From Gemmatimonadales bacterium (GTDB lineage Bacteria > Gemmatimonadota > Gemmatimonadetes > Gemmatimonadales > GWC2-71-9): a stretch of DNA of 64,000 nucleotides. The stretch's first letter is position 1, and the number at the start of each line of letters is the position of its first letter. The notes beneath the pieces were generated by a model. That model was not told the origin of the DNA and did no database searches. It was given only the letters and a program-made list of their open reading frames with translations. Location: contig JBFGJG010000010.1 of NCBI GenBank assembly GCA_041577295.1, positions 43,681 to 107,680 of the forward strand. The letters are read 5' to 3'. The position numbers were made by a program, and so were the translations under genes. Positions 29,501-37,728 of the stretch are shown piece after piece.

Positions 29501-29862
29501 CCGTTCACGTCGGCCATGGTTACGCCTGACTTCCATCCTGGTGTGTTGCCGACACCGGCCTGCTCGGTGATATCGACGAAGCGAAAATTGCCTTCGTTGC
29601 GATAGAGTCGATCGGAGCCAAGGTTGGAAGTAAAGAACAGATCAGACAGGCCGTCGCCGTCGACATCCCCCGCTGCCACACCACCACCGTTGTAGTAGTT
29701 GAGGTAATTGATGATGTTGAGTTCCGGCCTTTCCGGGAGTGTATTGATAAATGTCACACCTGTGCTTCGTGGCGAGAGCAACTCGAACAGCTCGTGTGAA
29801 CCTCGATCACAGCCGATGAGCGATAGCAGACAGATGATGAGAGTCAGCTTGCTTAGGCTCAT
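26551..29862 (-). CDS. VCBS/FG-GAP + ASPIC/UnbV lipoprotein
   Basis: Lipobox LIGC after MSLSKLT; YNGGGVA, TDWSW, RGFQSS..HFGLG and GWWN; many DxDGDG motifs. Confidence 0.85.
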   Translation of the reverse strand: MSLSKLTLIICLLSLIGCDRGSHELFELLSPRSTGVTFINTLPERPELNIINYLNYYNGGGVAAGDVDGDGLSDLFFTSNLGSDRLYRNEGNFRFVDITEQAGVGNTPGWKSGVTMADVNGDGHLDIYVSTVTHLSVRGRNALYINNGDGTFTDRATEYGLAHVGYSTQAAFFDYDGDGDLDMYLLNHSTHEERGKAWDPERNARHPTAGDRLYRNEAGRFVDVSEPAGIYGGVEGYGLGVTVSDLNIDGCPDIFVANDFHESDFLYLNNCDGTFTESIDGATGHTSHSSMGVDAADFNNDARPDLVVLDMLPEREDILKTSANTEDLAIHEMKRRAGYHPQYARNTLQLNRGKGRFSEIGYLAGIYATDWSWAPLFADLDNDGHKDLFITNGIYRRPNDLDYVTYVADRAVQASLAAGITEELLATLHARMPRIPIANYAYRNNADLTFTNVAEVWGLGQAGFSTGAAYVDLDNDGALDLVVNNIEASAGIYRNRARELNGYHYLTIHLEGAAPNTAGIGTKVIITHDGTKQLVEQMPTRGFQSSIDHRLHFGLGPSVEIDSLLIIWPDGRFQTLEGVAADQTITLLQDEAAGRYAYGQEQQTDLFDDVTADVAIQYQHQENRFFDYTREPLIPHQLSTEGPALAIADVNGDGLDDLYVGGAKWQSGQVLVQRRDGTFRRTSEAVLQRDSLHEDVDAVFFDANGDGFHDLYVVSGGNEFWGEHEAQRDRLYLNDGQGRFQRDESALPGMFENGSCAVPGDVDGDGDLDLFVGSRVVSRQYGRVPRSYLLQNDGRGQFRDVTNEVTEGLAEAGMVTSAAWVDYDEDDHLDLILVGEWMPVRVFRQVEGRLVDRTAEAGFSGTNGWWNSVTVTDLQGDGHPDLILGNLGHNSYIRATPGEPARLYLSDFARNGTLDQILTFYKSGVSYPVIGRDELIRAIPALRSRYRSYAEFGASRVEDLFPTSELSQARVLEAYWFASSVALNRGDGTFELSPLPTEAQFAPIYAALPGDVDGDGNADVIVAGNQYGAAPVYGQYDASYGLLLRGDGLGNLAPVDPETSNLVVLGQVRDLEPFRHATAGRLVVVARNNDALQLLRPLAWERE

Positions 29863-29874
29863 GACCAAGAGGTT

Positions 29875-29892
29875 GCCACAGAGGACACGGAG
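29875..29892 (+). repeat. Dispersed 18-nt element GCCACAGAGGACACGGAG (copy 3)
   Basis: Intergenic between GH97 and the VCBS lipoprotein gene. Confidence 0.6.
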
Positions 29893-29989
29893 CAGTACTG
29901 GGAGTGGACAGAGTAACTCAATCGATTGTGCTCGCTTCACCCCAAGCTCAAAGTCATTATCAAACGCCTCTGGGAAATCACAGAGGGGT

Positions 29990-32026
29990 TCATCGCGTCG
30001 CGGGACGCACCCTGATCGCTTGCCCGCCTCCCGGAACGAGTGAAAGAGTGAGGCGTGACCCGGCATCGACCATCTGCTCCGATATCTGGATCGCAAGCGG
30101 GTTGTCTCGCCAATGGGCACCGGGATCGTCGGCATAGACTTCGGCCACATACTGCTGACCCGGCGTGAGGAATGAGAGCGAGACCTCGACCTTTCGTGCC
30201 TCTTCATCAGTGATCGCACCGATGAACCAGTCGTCGCCACCGCGCTCCCTGCGGGCGACGACCACGTAGTCGCCGATCTTCCCGCCCATGACACGTGTGG
30301 TATCCCAGTCTACCGGGACATCACGAATGAACTGGAGTGCAGGGTGATCGACGTAGTTCTCCGGGAGATCGGCCGCCATTTGCTGCGGTGAGTAGAGCAC
30401 GACGTAGAGGGCGAGCTGTTTGGCGAGGGTCGTTCGAATGCGCGACTCCTCGGTGCGCCGCGGCGTCCCGGTGGCGCTTTCGATGGGAATGTCAAACACA
30501 CCTGGTGTGAAATCCATCGGTCCAGACAGCATCCGCGTGAAGAACAAAATGGCCTCGTGCTCGGGCGGGTTACCGCCATCGCCCGACCACGCGTTGTACT
30601 CCTGTCCGCGTGCTCCTTCACGTGTCATCATGTTTGGGTAAGTACGCCGTTCACCGGTGTCCTTGATCGGCTCATGCGCATTGACGGCAATGCGGTAACG
30701 CGCAGCCGTTTCGATCACCTTTCGCCAGTGCCGCACCATGTACTGCCCGTGATGGGCGTGCCCCTCTGGGGTCAGATCGCCCACGTAACCCGTCTTGATA
30801 GTGGAAATGCCCAGTGAATGGTAGAGGCGGAAGGCGTCTTCGAGTTGGCGCTCGTAATTTTGGATGCCCATCGACGTTTCGTTATGACCGATGAGGGTCA
30901 CACCGCGTTCGTGGGCATAGGCGGCCAACGCCGAAAGGTCGTAGTCCGGATAGGGCTCCGTGAAAGAAAACAGATCACCATTTTGCATCCAGTCGCCATC
31001 CCACCCGCGGTTCCACCCCTCTACCAAGACGCCACCAAACCCGTTGGCCGCAGCGAAATCGATGTATCGCTTGGCATTTTGGGTGGTCGCGCCATGCTTG
31101 GGGCCGGAGTTCCACGTCATGACCCCGATGTGCATCCCCCACCAGATCCCGATGTACTTCATCGGTTTGATCCATCCGGTATCCTCGAGCACGTTGGGTG
31201 GGTTGAGGTTCAGACCTATGACCGACGGTGCGAGGTCCGCGGCGCGGTCGGCAACTTGAATCGTTCGCCATGGCGTCACCAACGGTGTGCGGCCATACAC
31301 CCCGACACCGTCCGCATAGGGGGCCAGCCATGCGCGCAGCCGCTTATCTCCTGTGCCCAAGAGATTCATCGCCGCGTAGTCGACGAGATTCGCCTCATGA
31401 ATCACGACGTGCAGGCCGCTCGACATCTCCATGGTGAGCGGGGTGTGGACCGTATCGAGCATGCTGACCGGCGACGCCGAGTAGAGAAATTCGTAGCGGT
31501 TCCAGCGGTGGGCGGGAATCCACCAGGACCGAGCATTGTCCGCCATATGGAACTCGGTCAGCTCGTTCGTGATCGCGAAGGAGTCCAGACTCGGTTGCGC
31601 GGGAAGCTCGTAGCGAAAACCGATGCCATCGTCAAAGGCTCGAAACACGATCGTGAAGCGCCGCGCGGGCGCGGCCGTTTCCGCCACCGAGACGCGCAGC
31701 TCGTTGTGATGATCACGGACCCGCGCCACCTCACCCCACACCTGTGTCCAGATCTGGTCGACGGTCCGCTCAGCCGTGTCGGTCACGCGCAGTCCATCCC
31801 GGAGTGATGGGACATCACGGAACTCGAAACCGAGCTGCGAAGGCAGGACGACCGGCTGGTCATCGCGGATTAGGCTGTAGTAAAGCTTACCTTCATCAAT
31901 CCCGACGATGACGTGGTTGCGACCGTCTGGTGAAGCGACGCGATAACGGTCCTGCGCAACTGCGGTCGTGGTGATCGCCATCGCCCAAGCGACGCTGAGG
32001 AGGGCAACCGTGCGACGTGTTTCCAT
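29990..32026 (-). CDS. GH97 alpha-glucosidase (SusB-like, inverting-type motifs)
   Basis: Signal AVA-Q; KYIGIWWGMH, GHNET, IKTGYV, NAHEP, REGARGQE, GPMDFTPG and QMAAD. Confidence 0.93.
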   Translation of the reverse strand: METRRTVALLSVAWAMAITTTAVAQDRYRVASPDGRNHVIVGIDEGKLYYSLIRDDQPVVLPSQLGFEFRDVPSLRDGLRVTDTAERTVDQIWTQVWGEVARVRDHHNELRVSVAETAAPARRFTIVFRAFDDGIGFRYELPAQPSLDSFAITNELTEFHMADNARSWWIPAHRWNRYEFLYSASPVSMLDTVHTPLTMEMSSGLHVVIHEANLVDYAAMNLLGTGDKRLRAWLAPYADGVGVYGRTPLVTPWRTIQVADRAADLAPSVIGLNLNPPNVLEDTGWIKPMKYIGIWWGMHIGVMTWNSGPKHGATTQNAKRYIDFAAANGFGGVLVEGWNRGWDGDWMQNGDLFSFTEPYPDYDLSALAAYAHERGVTLIGHNETSMGIQNYERQLEDAFRLYHSLGISTIKTGYVGDLTPEGHAHHGQYMVRHWRKVIETAARYRIAVNAHEPIKDTGERRTYPNMMTREGARGQEYNAWSGDGGNPPEHEAILFFTRMLSGPMDFTPGVFDIPIESATGTPRRTEESRIRTTLAKQLALYVVLYSPQQMAADLPENYVDHPALQFIRDVPVDWDTTRVMGGKIGDYVVVARRERGGDDWFIGAITDEEARKVEVSLSFLTPGQQYVAEVYADDPGAHWRDNPLAIQISEQMVDAGSRLTLSLVPGGGQAIRVRPATR

Positions 32027-32097
32027 AGTGGTTCTGTTCTCCGGTCATGAAGCCATGGCATAGCAGCGCTGCGAAGCGTGCGGAGGTATATTACGCT

Positions 32098-32562
32098 ATG
32101 CGCTCGCCGCGCGCCTTGTTGCTTGTTGGGCTCCTCGGGGCGTGTGCCCAAGCCAGCAGTACCGGCCAGGGTGACACAGGGGACGCGCCCGAACCCAGCC
32201 CCCCTCCTCCCGATCCGTCCCTGACCGCAGAAGACATCGAACGAGCACCCAACGAGCCCATCGAGCAGTTGCTGATGAGTCGGTTCCCCGGCATCGTGGT
32301 AGCCAGGGCGCCCGATGGTAGCCTGGCCATCCGCATAAGGGGCAGGACGTCCATCCTGGGGAGCAACGAGCCCCTCTACGTGATCGACGGCCTGCCCGTG
32401 AATCCGGGGCCAGGGGGAGGTCTCACCGGGATCAATCCACACGACATCGAGTCCATCGAGGTGCTGACGGATGCTGCCAGCACCACGATGTATGGCGTGC
32501 GGGGTGCGAATGGTGTCATCGTGATCAAGACAAAGATGCCAGAGCGGCCGCCGCCTCAATGA
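32098..32562 (+). CDS. Stand-alone SusC-type TonB plug-domain lipoprotein
   Basis: Lipobox LLGAC, Pro-rich linker, IRIRG...NEPLYVIDG...DIESIEVL...YGVRGANGVIVIKTK, then stop; no barrel. Confidence 0.85.
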   Translation: MRSPRALLLVGLLGACAQASSTGQGDTGDAPEPSPPPPDPSLTAEDIERAPNEPIEQLLMSRFPGIVVARAPDGSLAIRIRGRTSILGSNEPLYVIDGLPVNPGPGGGLTGINPHDIESIEVLTDAASTTMYGVRGANGVIVIKTKMPERPPPQ

Positions 32563-32566
32563 TCGC

Positions 32567-35500
32567 CTAGGGCGCGGCCGCCTGTCGCCCAGGCGTCCGT
32601 TGAAAGAGGAGCGGTCGGTCGTTGTTTCGTGTCACCACCACCACTTCACCGTGCCGAGTGGACAATCGCTGGATATCCCGCCCCTGACCCGGCACGAAGA
32701 ACCCGCTTTCCGACACCTCAACCGGAGTAAACCCGCCGGTTCCGTCTCCCCTAAGCAATAGGCCGTAGCTGCCGCTGAGGCGGCCGATTTCAGGCTCTAC
32801 GCCGTCCAGGTTCCCCGTGAGGAGCACGTCGAGCAACCCATCGCCGTCCAGGTCGGCTGCGAGCAAGCCGTAAACGGGAGCCAACTGCGCTTCAATTGGC
32901 AAGGGGACGAGCGTGAACGAGCCGTCCCCGTTGTTTCGCATCAGGCTCGTTGCAAAGGTATACGCCTGTCTCACCACCGCGTCCGTCAGCTCCCCTTGGG
33001 TGAAGATGTCGCTCACCGTTTGCTGGGCGTACCGCTCGTATGTAGGGTAACGCTCTCTGAGGTAGGGAAGGGCCTTCAGCAGATCATCCCGCAGCACGAG
33101 AGGGTAGCTCACGCCGCCCGAGTAGGTTGACACGATCTGTTCGACAAAGCCGTTGCGATCAAAGTCCTTTACGTACATCGTAGCAGGTTCCTGCTCCGAG
33201 GCCGTAAAGCGGCTGTTGAACCCCAAGTTACCGACTACGAAGTCAGTCCTACCGTCCCCGTTGAAATCGCCTGCTACGATCCGATTCCACCAGCCGTGGC
33301 TACGCTCCAAGCCAGGCGTCGCGATGCGCTCGAGGCTGCGCCCCGTATTGCGAAAGATCGTAATCGGCATCCACTCACCGACGACAATGAGATCCGGCAG
33401 CCTGTCCCCATCGAGGTCGTTCCACATTGCATCGGTCACCATGCCGACACGGACCAGCTCCGGTGCCACCTGTTCCGCCACATTGCGGAAGCGACCTTTG
33501 CCGTCGTTTTCGAGGAGCACGCTTTGCGGGTCGAAGCCGTATCGCCGCGGTATGACGCGACCTCCCACGAAGAGATCGAGGTCACCGTCCCCGTCGAAAT
33601 CCGCTGGTGCGACCCGCGATCCGCTAATGCTCATGGATGGCAGGTGATCGCCCGCCTTCGAAAACCTACCGCGGCCATCGTTCATGTAGAGCCGGTCCTG
33701 GAGGGCCGGCGCCAAGTCTGAAAACTCGCTACCGCCACTGACCACGTAGAGGTCGGGATGGCCGTCCCCGTTCGCGTCAAAGAACACCGCTCCAAGATCT
33801 TCCGATACCCGATCCCGCTCAAACAGTTGCTCGTTGGTCTCGACGAACCCACCGCTACGTCGCTGGACGAGCAGGTGACCGGGCTGATCCTTCGCACCAC
33901 CAATGAACACGTCGTCCAGCCCGTCACTGTTGACATCCGCGACCGCCATGAGCGGTCCTTCGGTCGACAGCATCCTCGGAATCAGGGGCTCCCGATCAAA
34001 GTCGGAGAACACGTTCTCTCGGTGCGTGAAGTCCATGGAGACAATAGAGGTCACATCTGTGAACATGGCCACCGACTCCTGCCGGGTCGGTGGATTTGGG
34101 GCGACGGCATCAGACCAGCGCACGATCACGCGCTGGTTGGTGGCGATGTCGGTGAGTACGCTGACCCTGCCGTCGGGCCACTCTACGACCAGCGAGTCGA
34201 TGGTCTGGAGCTGGCCGATCCCAAAGGTGAGCACGTAGTCCACGCTCGACTGGAAACCTCGCGACGGCATGTGCTCCTGAAAGAACTGCTGTCCTGCACT
34301 GTAAAGAGTCGCCTTTGCTCCGATGCCAAAGCGATTACGTCCCTCGCCTTCGAGCACCGCCTGGACGTAACCGTGGTCGAACAGCGACCGGGCGTTGTTG
34401 CGATAGATGGAGACTTCTTCGTTGACGTTGTTCACCACCAGATCGAGGGCACCGTCGCCGTCGAGATCGCCGTATGCCGCACCGTTGGAGAATGCCCGCG
34501 TGTTGAGGCCCCACTCTTCCCCGACATCTGTAAACGCAAAGTGCCCGAGGTTGCGGAACGCGTAGTTGGGGAGCTTGGTGGAGGTCATCACGTCGATGAG
34601 CCTCAGGAAATCAACGCGCTCGCCCCGTGCGGCTGCTCTCATCGTCTCCTCGTTTGCCAAGAAGGAGACGTAGTCTTGTGAGGTGACGTCTCGCAGGATG
34701 CCGTTCGTCACATGAATGTCTTTGTGACCATCCAAATCAAAATCTGCAATGAGAGCGCTCCAGCTCCAATCCGTTCGCGCCACGCCGGCCAGCTGGCCGA
34801 TTTCCGTGAACGTACCATTGCCGTTGTTGCGATGCAGCATGTTACGCATGAACTGGTGGTGAAAGTCGTTCTTGAGCTTGAACTGGTAGCTGCTCCAATT
34901 GTCGAAGGAGGAGGTCGTCTTGAGTCGATAGTCGTCCTCGGGGAGCATGTCCGTCACGTAAATGTCGAGCCACCCATCATTATCGATATCGGCCATGTCC
35001 AACCCCATAGATGAGAGGCTGATCGATGGCATCTGGTGCTCGAGCAGCTCCGCAAAGGTCCCATCACCGTTGTTGATGTAGAGATAGTCCCGCTCGAAGA
35101 AATCGTTCGAGATGTAAAGGTCCGGCCAATCATCCCCGTTCACATCTCCGATGGCCACGCCGAGACCAAAAGCGATCTCGCTTCCAAAGATCCCCGCCTC
35201 CTCGCTCACATCGACGAAGTGGTCTCCGTCGTTGCGATACAGTTTGTCACCGCCGGCTTCGTGGCGTACGTCACGAACGTTGCGGAGCCCAAAACTGCTT
35301 GCAGCGCGTGGTGAGTTGTTGACGAGATAGAGGTCCAGATCGCCATCGCGGTCATAATCGAAGAACGCGCCATGAGTCGAGTAACCCTGGTCCGCGAGGC
35401 CATACTGGGCCGCCATCTCCTCGAAGGTGGGCACCCCCTGTGCGTCCAGGCCCTGGTGGATGTACAGCTCGTTGGCACGGCGCTCGTCCGCGGCGTTCCC

Positions 35501-35947
35501 AGCGTAGCAGACGTAGATGTCGAGCAGTCCGTCTCCGTTGACGTCGGCGAAGGTGACCCCCGTGGACCAGGTGCCGCTGCCAGCTACACCGGCGTCGTCG
35601 GTGACGTCACGAAAGCGAAACGCACCTTCATTGAGATACAGTCGGTTGTCTTCGAGGTTCGAGGTGAGCATCAGTTCGGGCAGTCCGTCCCCGGTCAGAT
35701 CGCCCAACGCCACGCCACCGCCATTGTAAAAGTTGCGGTACGTGAAGACGTTCAGCTCCCGCGTATCGTCGAGACGATTCTCGAACCGAACGCCCGTGTA
35801 GCCCGACGAGAGCTGTGTGAACAGCTGACCCCGCGCTCCTGGGGCTTGGTCCTGGGACGTTCTCGTGTCAGCTCCGGTGCACGCACAGAGGCATGACGAG
35901 ATGAGCAGGAGCCTCACGCCGGCTCTCGGCAGATGGATGGCCGTCAT
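32567..35947 (-). CDS. VCBS/FG-GAP + ASPIC/UnbV lipoprotein
   Basis: Cys-rich lipoprotein signal (LCAC); same motif series as 26551-29862. Confidence 0.85.
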   Translation of the reverse strand: MTAIHLPRAGVRLLLISSCLCACTGADTRTSQDQAPGARGQLFTQLSSGYTGVRFENRLDDTRELNVFTYRNFYNGGGVALGDLTGDGLPELMLTSNLEDNRLYLNEGAFRFRDVTDDAGVAGSGTWSTGVTFADVNGDGLLDIYVCYAGNAADERRANELYIHQGLDAQGVPTFEEMAAQYGLADQGYSTHGAFFDYDRDGDLDLYLVNNSPRAASSFGLRNVRDVRHEAGGDKLYRNDGDHFVDVSEEAGIFGSEIAFGLGVAIGDVNGDDWPDLYISNDFFERDYLYINNGDGTFAELLEHQMPSISLSSMGLDMADIDNDGWLDIYVTDMLPEDDYRLKTTSSFDNWSSYQFKLKNDFHHQFMRNMLHRNNGNGTFTEIGQLAGVARTDWSWSALIADFDLDGHKDIHVTNGILRDVTSQDYVSFLANEETMRAAARGERVDFLRLIDVMTSTKLPNYAFRNLGHFAFTDVGEEWGLNTRAFSNGAAYGDLDGDGALDLVVNNVNEEVSIYRNNARSLFDHGYVQAVLEGEGRNRFGIGAKATLYSAGQQFFQEHMPSRGFQSSVDYVLTFGIGQLQTIDSLVVEWPDGRVSVLTDIATNQRVIVRWSDAVAPNPPTRQESVAMFTDVTSIVSMDFTHRENVFSDFDREPLIPRMLSTEGPLMAVADVNSDGLDDVFIGGAKDQPGHLLVQRRSGGFVETNEQLFERDRVSEDLGAVFFDANGDGHPDLYVVSGGSEFSDLAPALQDRLYMNDGRGRFSKAGDHLPSMSISGSRVAPADFDGDGDLDLFVGGRVIPRRYGFDPQSVLLENDGKGRFRNVAEQVAPELVRVGMVTDAMWNDLDGDRLPDLIVVGEWMPITIFRNTGRSLERIATPGLERSHGWWNRIVAGDFNGDGRTDFVVGNLGFNSRFTASEQEPATMYVKDFDRNGFVEQIVSTYSGGVSYPLVLRDDLLKALPYLRERYPTYERYAQQTVSDIFTQGELTDAVVRQAYTFATSLMRNNGDGSFTLVPLPIEAQLAPVYGLLAADLDGDGLLDVLLTGNLDGVEPEIGRLSGSYGLLLRGDGTGGFTPVEVSESGFFVPGQGRDIQRLSTRHGEVVVVTRNNDRPLLFQRTPGRQAAAP

Positions 35948-36013
35948 ACGGTGGGCCCAGATTCGTAACGCCCGGCGGAAGCGTGTCCGTCGAAGAAAAG
36001 TGGCGGGAATGGC

Positions 36014-36049
36014 AGAGGCGGCAGCATCGAATCCGACGCTGCCGCCTCT
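36014..36049 (-). terminator. Strong stem-loop after susD (terminator or mRNA-stability element)
   Basis: AGAGGCGGCAGCGTCG-GATT-CGATGCTGCCGCCTCT on the minus strand, 16-bp stem with one G-U pair; no U-tract immediately after. Confidence 0.6.
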
Positions 36050-36064
36050 CAGACCCTTAGCCGC

Positions 36065-37651
36065 CTAGTACCCCGGGTTCTGCGTCAGCATGGGGTTGGC
36101 GTCCAACTGCGGCTGAGGAATGGGCATCAGCACGAGATGTGGTGCGCCCGCCGACTTGAACGACCACGGATCCGTGAAGCGGCCATGCCGGATCAGGTCT
36201 TGACGACGCTTGGCCTCACCGGTCAGCTCGAACAACCGCTCCTCGAGGATCACGTCGCGGTCAACCGCGCCGAGCGGCTCGTCCGGATCGAAGACCCGTT
36301 CACGAAGCGTGTTGAGGATGCTGAGGGCTTCGCCCGAGTTCCCCAACTCAAACTCGGCTTCCGCCTTGATGAGCCACATCTCCGCGAGGCGGAAATAGGC
36401 AACGTCGTTGCCGCTTTCCTGGGCAACGCGGTCTGGATCGGGCGGCCACTTGATGATGCGGGTGCCTTCACCCTCGCCGGCCTGAGTTTCGTCGATGATG
36501 TCCACCGTGAAGACCAGCGGGGGACCGCCCTGCGCGCATCCCGGGCGTTCACAGACGGGCTCGCCCGTGTCCAGATCGACCTGAAGCCCTTCGAGGAAGA
36601 TCTCCCGGCGCGCATCGTCGGCATCGAAAGCGTTGTACGTCTCCGCCAACGCGGCGAATCCGTTCCACGGGGTGGGGTTGAACTGCTCGTAGTGAAGTGC
36701 GCGCATCACGAAGTTCAGTCCCAGGCCCGTCTGATTGGTGAACTTGACGACCAGGATGTTCTCGCTCGAGGAGGCGTTATCGGGGGTGAAGTTCGAGCGC
36801 CAGGTGGTCTCAAGGGCGTATTCGGGTGAGTTCAGCACCCTGTCGGCCGCTTCGATCGCGGCAGCACAAGCCGATTGCCCACCCACCTGCACATCGGCGC
36901 ACGAGTTGTACGTCGCGGCACTGGGTGTCTCCGTCGTGAACACGGCGGCGTTGAGATACAGGTTGGCGAGGATGGCATCGGCCGCTCCCTGCGTCATGCG
37001 CCCATGATCGGTCGCTGGCCAACGGGCTGGCAGGGCTCCCCTGGCCGCGTTGAGCTCGTCGGAGACGAACTGGAAGACCTCGGCGCGTGTGTTCTTTGCA
37101 CGCGGCCCCAGTTCGGTGTCATCGACGATCGGAACGCCGCCGAACATGTCCAACAGCACGTAGTAGTAGAACGCCCGAAGCGTTCGTAGCTCGCCTTCGA
37201 TCGCTGCCTGATTCGCCACCGTTACGTTCTGCAGCGCCTCGAGGAGCAAGTTTGCCCGAGCGATGCCCCGGAAGGCATCGATCCAGGTTCCATTGACGTC
37301 ATCGAGCCCGGAGGGGCTGTTCGCCGTCCACGTGTGGCGGTGGATTTCGAGCCAGCGCCCGTTGTCGAACCAGTCGCTGCCCCGTGTGGGGACGATTTGC
37401 TCGTCCGTGGTGATCTGACTCAGGTTGTGATAGCCCCAAGTCGTGCTGCGGAGCACGGCGTAGACCGACGCCAGACTGCCGAGAACCTCCTGCTCGGTGG
37501 CGAAGAAGTTCTCCGGCGTTATGACGCTCGTTGGTTCCTCGTCGAGGTTCGTGCAGCTGAGGAGCAGCACGAATATGAGGATAGGGGAGAGGATGAGACG
37601 CGTGAGGCGTCCGGCTCCTCTGACTGCGTATGGAAAGCGTGGTTTCTTCAT
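36065..37651 (-). CDS. susD: RagB/SusD-family outer-membrane glycan-binding lipoprotein
   Basis: Lipobox LLSC; LRAFYYY..DMFGGVP, FRLAEMWL..AEA, ERLFEL..E..RRQDLIR and QNPGY end. Confidence 0.93.
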   Translation of the reverse strand: MKKPRFPYAVRGAGRLTRLILSPILIFVLLLSCTNLDEEPTSVITPENFFATEQEVLGSLASVYAVLRSTTWGYHNLSQITTDEQIVPTRGSDWFDNGRWLEIHRHTWTANSPSGLDDVNGTWIDAFRGIARANLLLEALQNVTVANQAAIEGELRTLRAFYYYVLLDMFGGVPIVDDTELGPRAKNTRAEVFQFVSDELNAARGALPARWPATDHGRMTQGAADAILANLYLNAAVFTTETPSAATYNSCADVQVGGQSACAAAIEAADRVLNSPEYALETTWRSNFTPDNASSSENILVVKFTNQTGLGLNFVMRALHYEQFNPTPWNGFAALAETYNAFDADDARREIFLEGLQVDLDTGEPVCERPGCAQGGPPLVFTVDIIDETQAGEGEGTRIIKWPPDPDRVAQESGNDVAYFRLAEMWLIKAEAEFELGNSGEALSILNTLRERVFDPDEPLGAVDRDVILEERLFELTGEAKRRQDLIRHGRFTDPWSFKSAGAPHLVLMPIPQPQLDANPMLTQNPGY

Positions 37652-37728
37652 GAGATCCCGACCGTTACATGGTTGAATGCTGATCTCGTCGCCGTTTCGG
37701 GCATCGGCCCGTAGGGATCGATCGCGCA

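Noticed and set aside
29863..30294. N-terminal extension of the 1247-aa ORF
   Set aside because: Overlaps the GH97 gene; the lipoprotein signal begins at 29862.
26551..35947. Recurrent GCCGTCGCCGTC-like DNA repeats as an array or CRISPR
   Set aside because: They encode DxDGDG FG-GAP motifs; no fixed-period repeat-spacer structure and no cas genes.
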